Source: Podarcis filfolensis
Lineage: Eukaryota
Reading direction: 5' to 3' (one strand)
DNA length: 64,000 bases
Assembly: GCA_964270895.1 (NCBI GenBank)
Contig: OZ185436.1
Below are positions 61,506 to 64,000 of this stretch, one piece after another. The notes beneath the pieces are model-generated. The model was not told the DNA's origin, ran no database searches, and worked only from the letters and a program-made list of their open reading frames with translations. Position 1 is the stretch's first letter; each line of letters begins with the position of its first letter. The translations under genes and the position numbers were made by a program.

Positions 61506-62854
61506 CCCTAAAAGAGCAATTTCCCAATGGTGGATTGGTTGCTTGAGCTTGTAGGGTCAGGCACCAGGAGATTAGCAGAAAATGTGAGGCTAACACAACT
61601 GAATTATGGATGAAGAGGTAGAACCAACAGGAAGGTCATGAATAATAACTCTATGCCCTTGGTAGCACTAGCTGGTGGCCCTCTATGTTGTATGTCAAAA
61701 GTTCTGGATAGTCAAAGGAAGCATCTAACATATGGACTATAACGCTCCCAAGGTGAACTGTGGACTTTCACAGGCTTCTGAGTTTCATCCATAAAAATAG
61801 GGCTTAGTAAGCCAGTCAACAGTGCATGTTTTTGCTATTAATACACAGGCTGCACATGCTTGCGGCAGTGGCCTAAAAATAGTCCTCACATTCTGACTCT
61901 ATTGCTATTTGATGCAGATCTCAGGGGAAGTGATGGTGCAGAAAGCCATGGATTTCATGGCCTCTGATTCCACACATGAAAACAGACGTGATTCAAACGT
62001 CACTTGAACTTTAGCACCCAGTTCATTTTTTGCAGGGAGCAGTTTCACAATAATTTTGAATTTTGTTTGAAGGGGTGAATGACAAATTAGTTATGAGTTT
62101 TGCATATATGTTTGCTCTTTAAGTTATTCACCAAGGGGTGCCTGAGTGCAGATCAAGATGGATAACATATTGATCATTCACAATCTGCTCCCATTTCATC
62201 TCTTCAAGGGGAAGTGAAGAAAGGGTGGGTGGTTGAAGGCGAAGGAAATGAACCAGAGCAAGGGCAATATTTGAAATCTTAAGGCTCCCACCATCCTTAA
62301 ACTTTCCACTAACTTCAGTGGAGCCCATGTATCAAATGCTCTGCTGCACATGTCTGATAATTGGGGAAAGGCGATAAAATGCTTGCTTGCCTTTAACAGA
62401 AATTTCCATCAGAAAAAGCTGAGCTGCAGGGCAGAGGTTTGGCTAGGATGTGAGCAGACTGGGAACAGGAAATTGCAAAAATGACGAGGCAGAAATGAAA
62501 ATAGATGGAATATATTGGCATAGGACCTCACAATACATGTCATTTTGAGTGGGGCATAGCTGCTAAGGCTGAAAATGTGGAACAGTGGGAGGGGAACCAT
62601 GTGCTGTTTCTCCCCTGAAAACCACCCATAGCATTGGGGGATGCTATGGATGAAAGCAGCTTTGGGGATGTGCGTGTGATTATCAGTGGAGAACAGGTTG
62701 AATGTAAATGGCTAACCACCTCCCCCTTCCCCGTATTTGTGTCTCAGTGGTTGCATTGTATAAAAATGACACCCCCACCCCAATCACTGATCTGAGGTCA
62801 GTGTCTTTTTGCAGTATAGGAACCATTCTTTGTGTTTGTTGGCCACGGCTTTTA

Positions 62855-62935
62855 CAGTGTAATCCTAATTATGTCTCCTCAGAAGTAAGTCCCATTGTGT
62901 TCCATGAGGCTTACTCCCAGATAAGTGAGCATACC
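62855..62935 (+). mobile_element. Hairpin MITE (PIF/Harbinger-like)
   Basis: tta|cagtgtaatccta...cagaagtaagtcccattg...gaggcttactcccagataagt. Confidence 0.65.
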
Positions 62936-64000
62936 ACTGGGACCTTTAACATAGCTCTCAAAGCGACTTTACAGCTTCCCCAAAAATGATTCCCCCGCCC
63001 CCTGGGATTCATGTGAACAAATATCCACTGTCCTCATCTCAAGGGTTCAGCTCCTTTTTGAAGCCAGCATAGCTGCTTCAGAGGCTTTCAGGGCTTGACA
63101 TCTTTTAAAAATACCCAGATGAGCTTCTGTAATACTATTTCTTGCTCCCAAGTGTCCACTGCTCTTTTCCCCTCTCAAAGCGAATGCTGTAACAACTCCA
63201 CCCACCTAATCATCCCTTAGGAAGTATGAATAAAATGTATGTCCTGATTTATGATTTATTCTGCAGCCCCAACGACCCTTATTTTCTTTAATAATGTATC
63301 GCTTTGATTTATACACTTGCTTTCAGTCTAACAAATGCATTTTGCCTAATCATAAAAATAAAATCATCGCTGTAGAGTAGCTAGGAAGAAGCAAGGGATT
63401 TAATTTTCCAGCAGAGCAACTGGATATATTGAAGTAGGGCTTTTAAATGCTGCTGGGACATTGCTGTTCAATACTCATGGCAGAATTAAAATGGTGATTC
63501 AACACATCACATAATACAATGCTGTATTATCCAGTAATACCTGCCCCCATGCCTAAGATCCTTCTACAATGTTTACTCTGAAGTAAGCCTTGTTCAACAA
63601 AGGTTCCCTGCAACTTTAATTAGAAGCTTCTTCCTGAAAATTGTGGCTTTAACTGATTCCTGTTCAGTGTAGCATAGTATCACTAGATGCAGTGGACCGT
63701 AACTAGTTACTTTTCCCAATGGATGCAGACTTTACTCACCAGTTTCCTCTTAACATTCACCCCCTTTAAAAAAATGACACAACAGCAGTATTTTGTAATA
63801 AACATTTTGTTACCCACCCAGTTTTGTAAGCCACTCAGAGAGCTTTGGCTATTGGGCAGTGCCAAAATGCAAAATGATACGGAGGTCAGTGAATCCCCAC
63901 CCTCAGAATGTCACCAGTTGCTATATAAGGCTCCGCAACTTTTGTCTCATGATGATTTAAATAAAACTTGGAATGAAACATTGCCAAATAAGCCGTACAT

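Overview
Vertebrate non-coding DNA, almost certainly from a lacertid lizard. The evidence is three full-length Sauria (Squam1) SINEs of the lacertid type, MIR/CORE-type SINEs, and squamate-type L2, CR1 and L1 3' ends; the taxon is inferred from recalled repeat sequences, not from a database search. No protein-coding exon, RNA gene or CRISPR array could be identified with confidence. The ORF track is explained by chance ORFs, microsatellites, N-gaps and degraded retroelements. The window looks like a long intron or intergenic region. It carries many short non-autonomous DNA transposons (hAT with 8-bp TSDs, Tc1/mariner with TA, PIF/Harbinger-like hairpins), 5'-truncated LINE tails, SINEs, LTR remnants and microsatellites. 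Several repeat-free islands could be conserved enhancers or small exons. There are two assembly gaps. I found no convincing novel biological system. The best leads are: two SINEs inserted one after the other at the same 9-bp target, a hAT MITE with telomere-like G-tracts, several splice-signal-defined candidate exons and a recursive-splice-like site on the minus strand, and an unexplained coding-like island near 59.2-59.9 kb.
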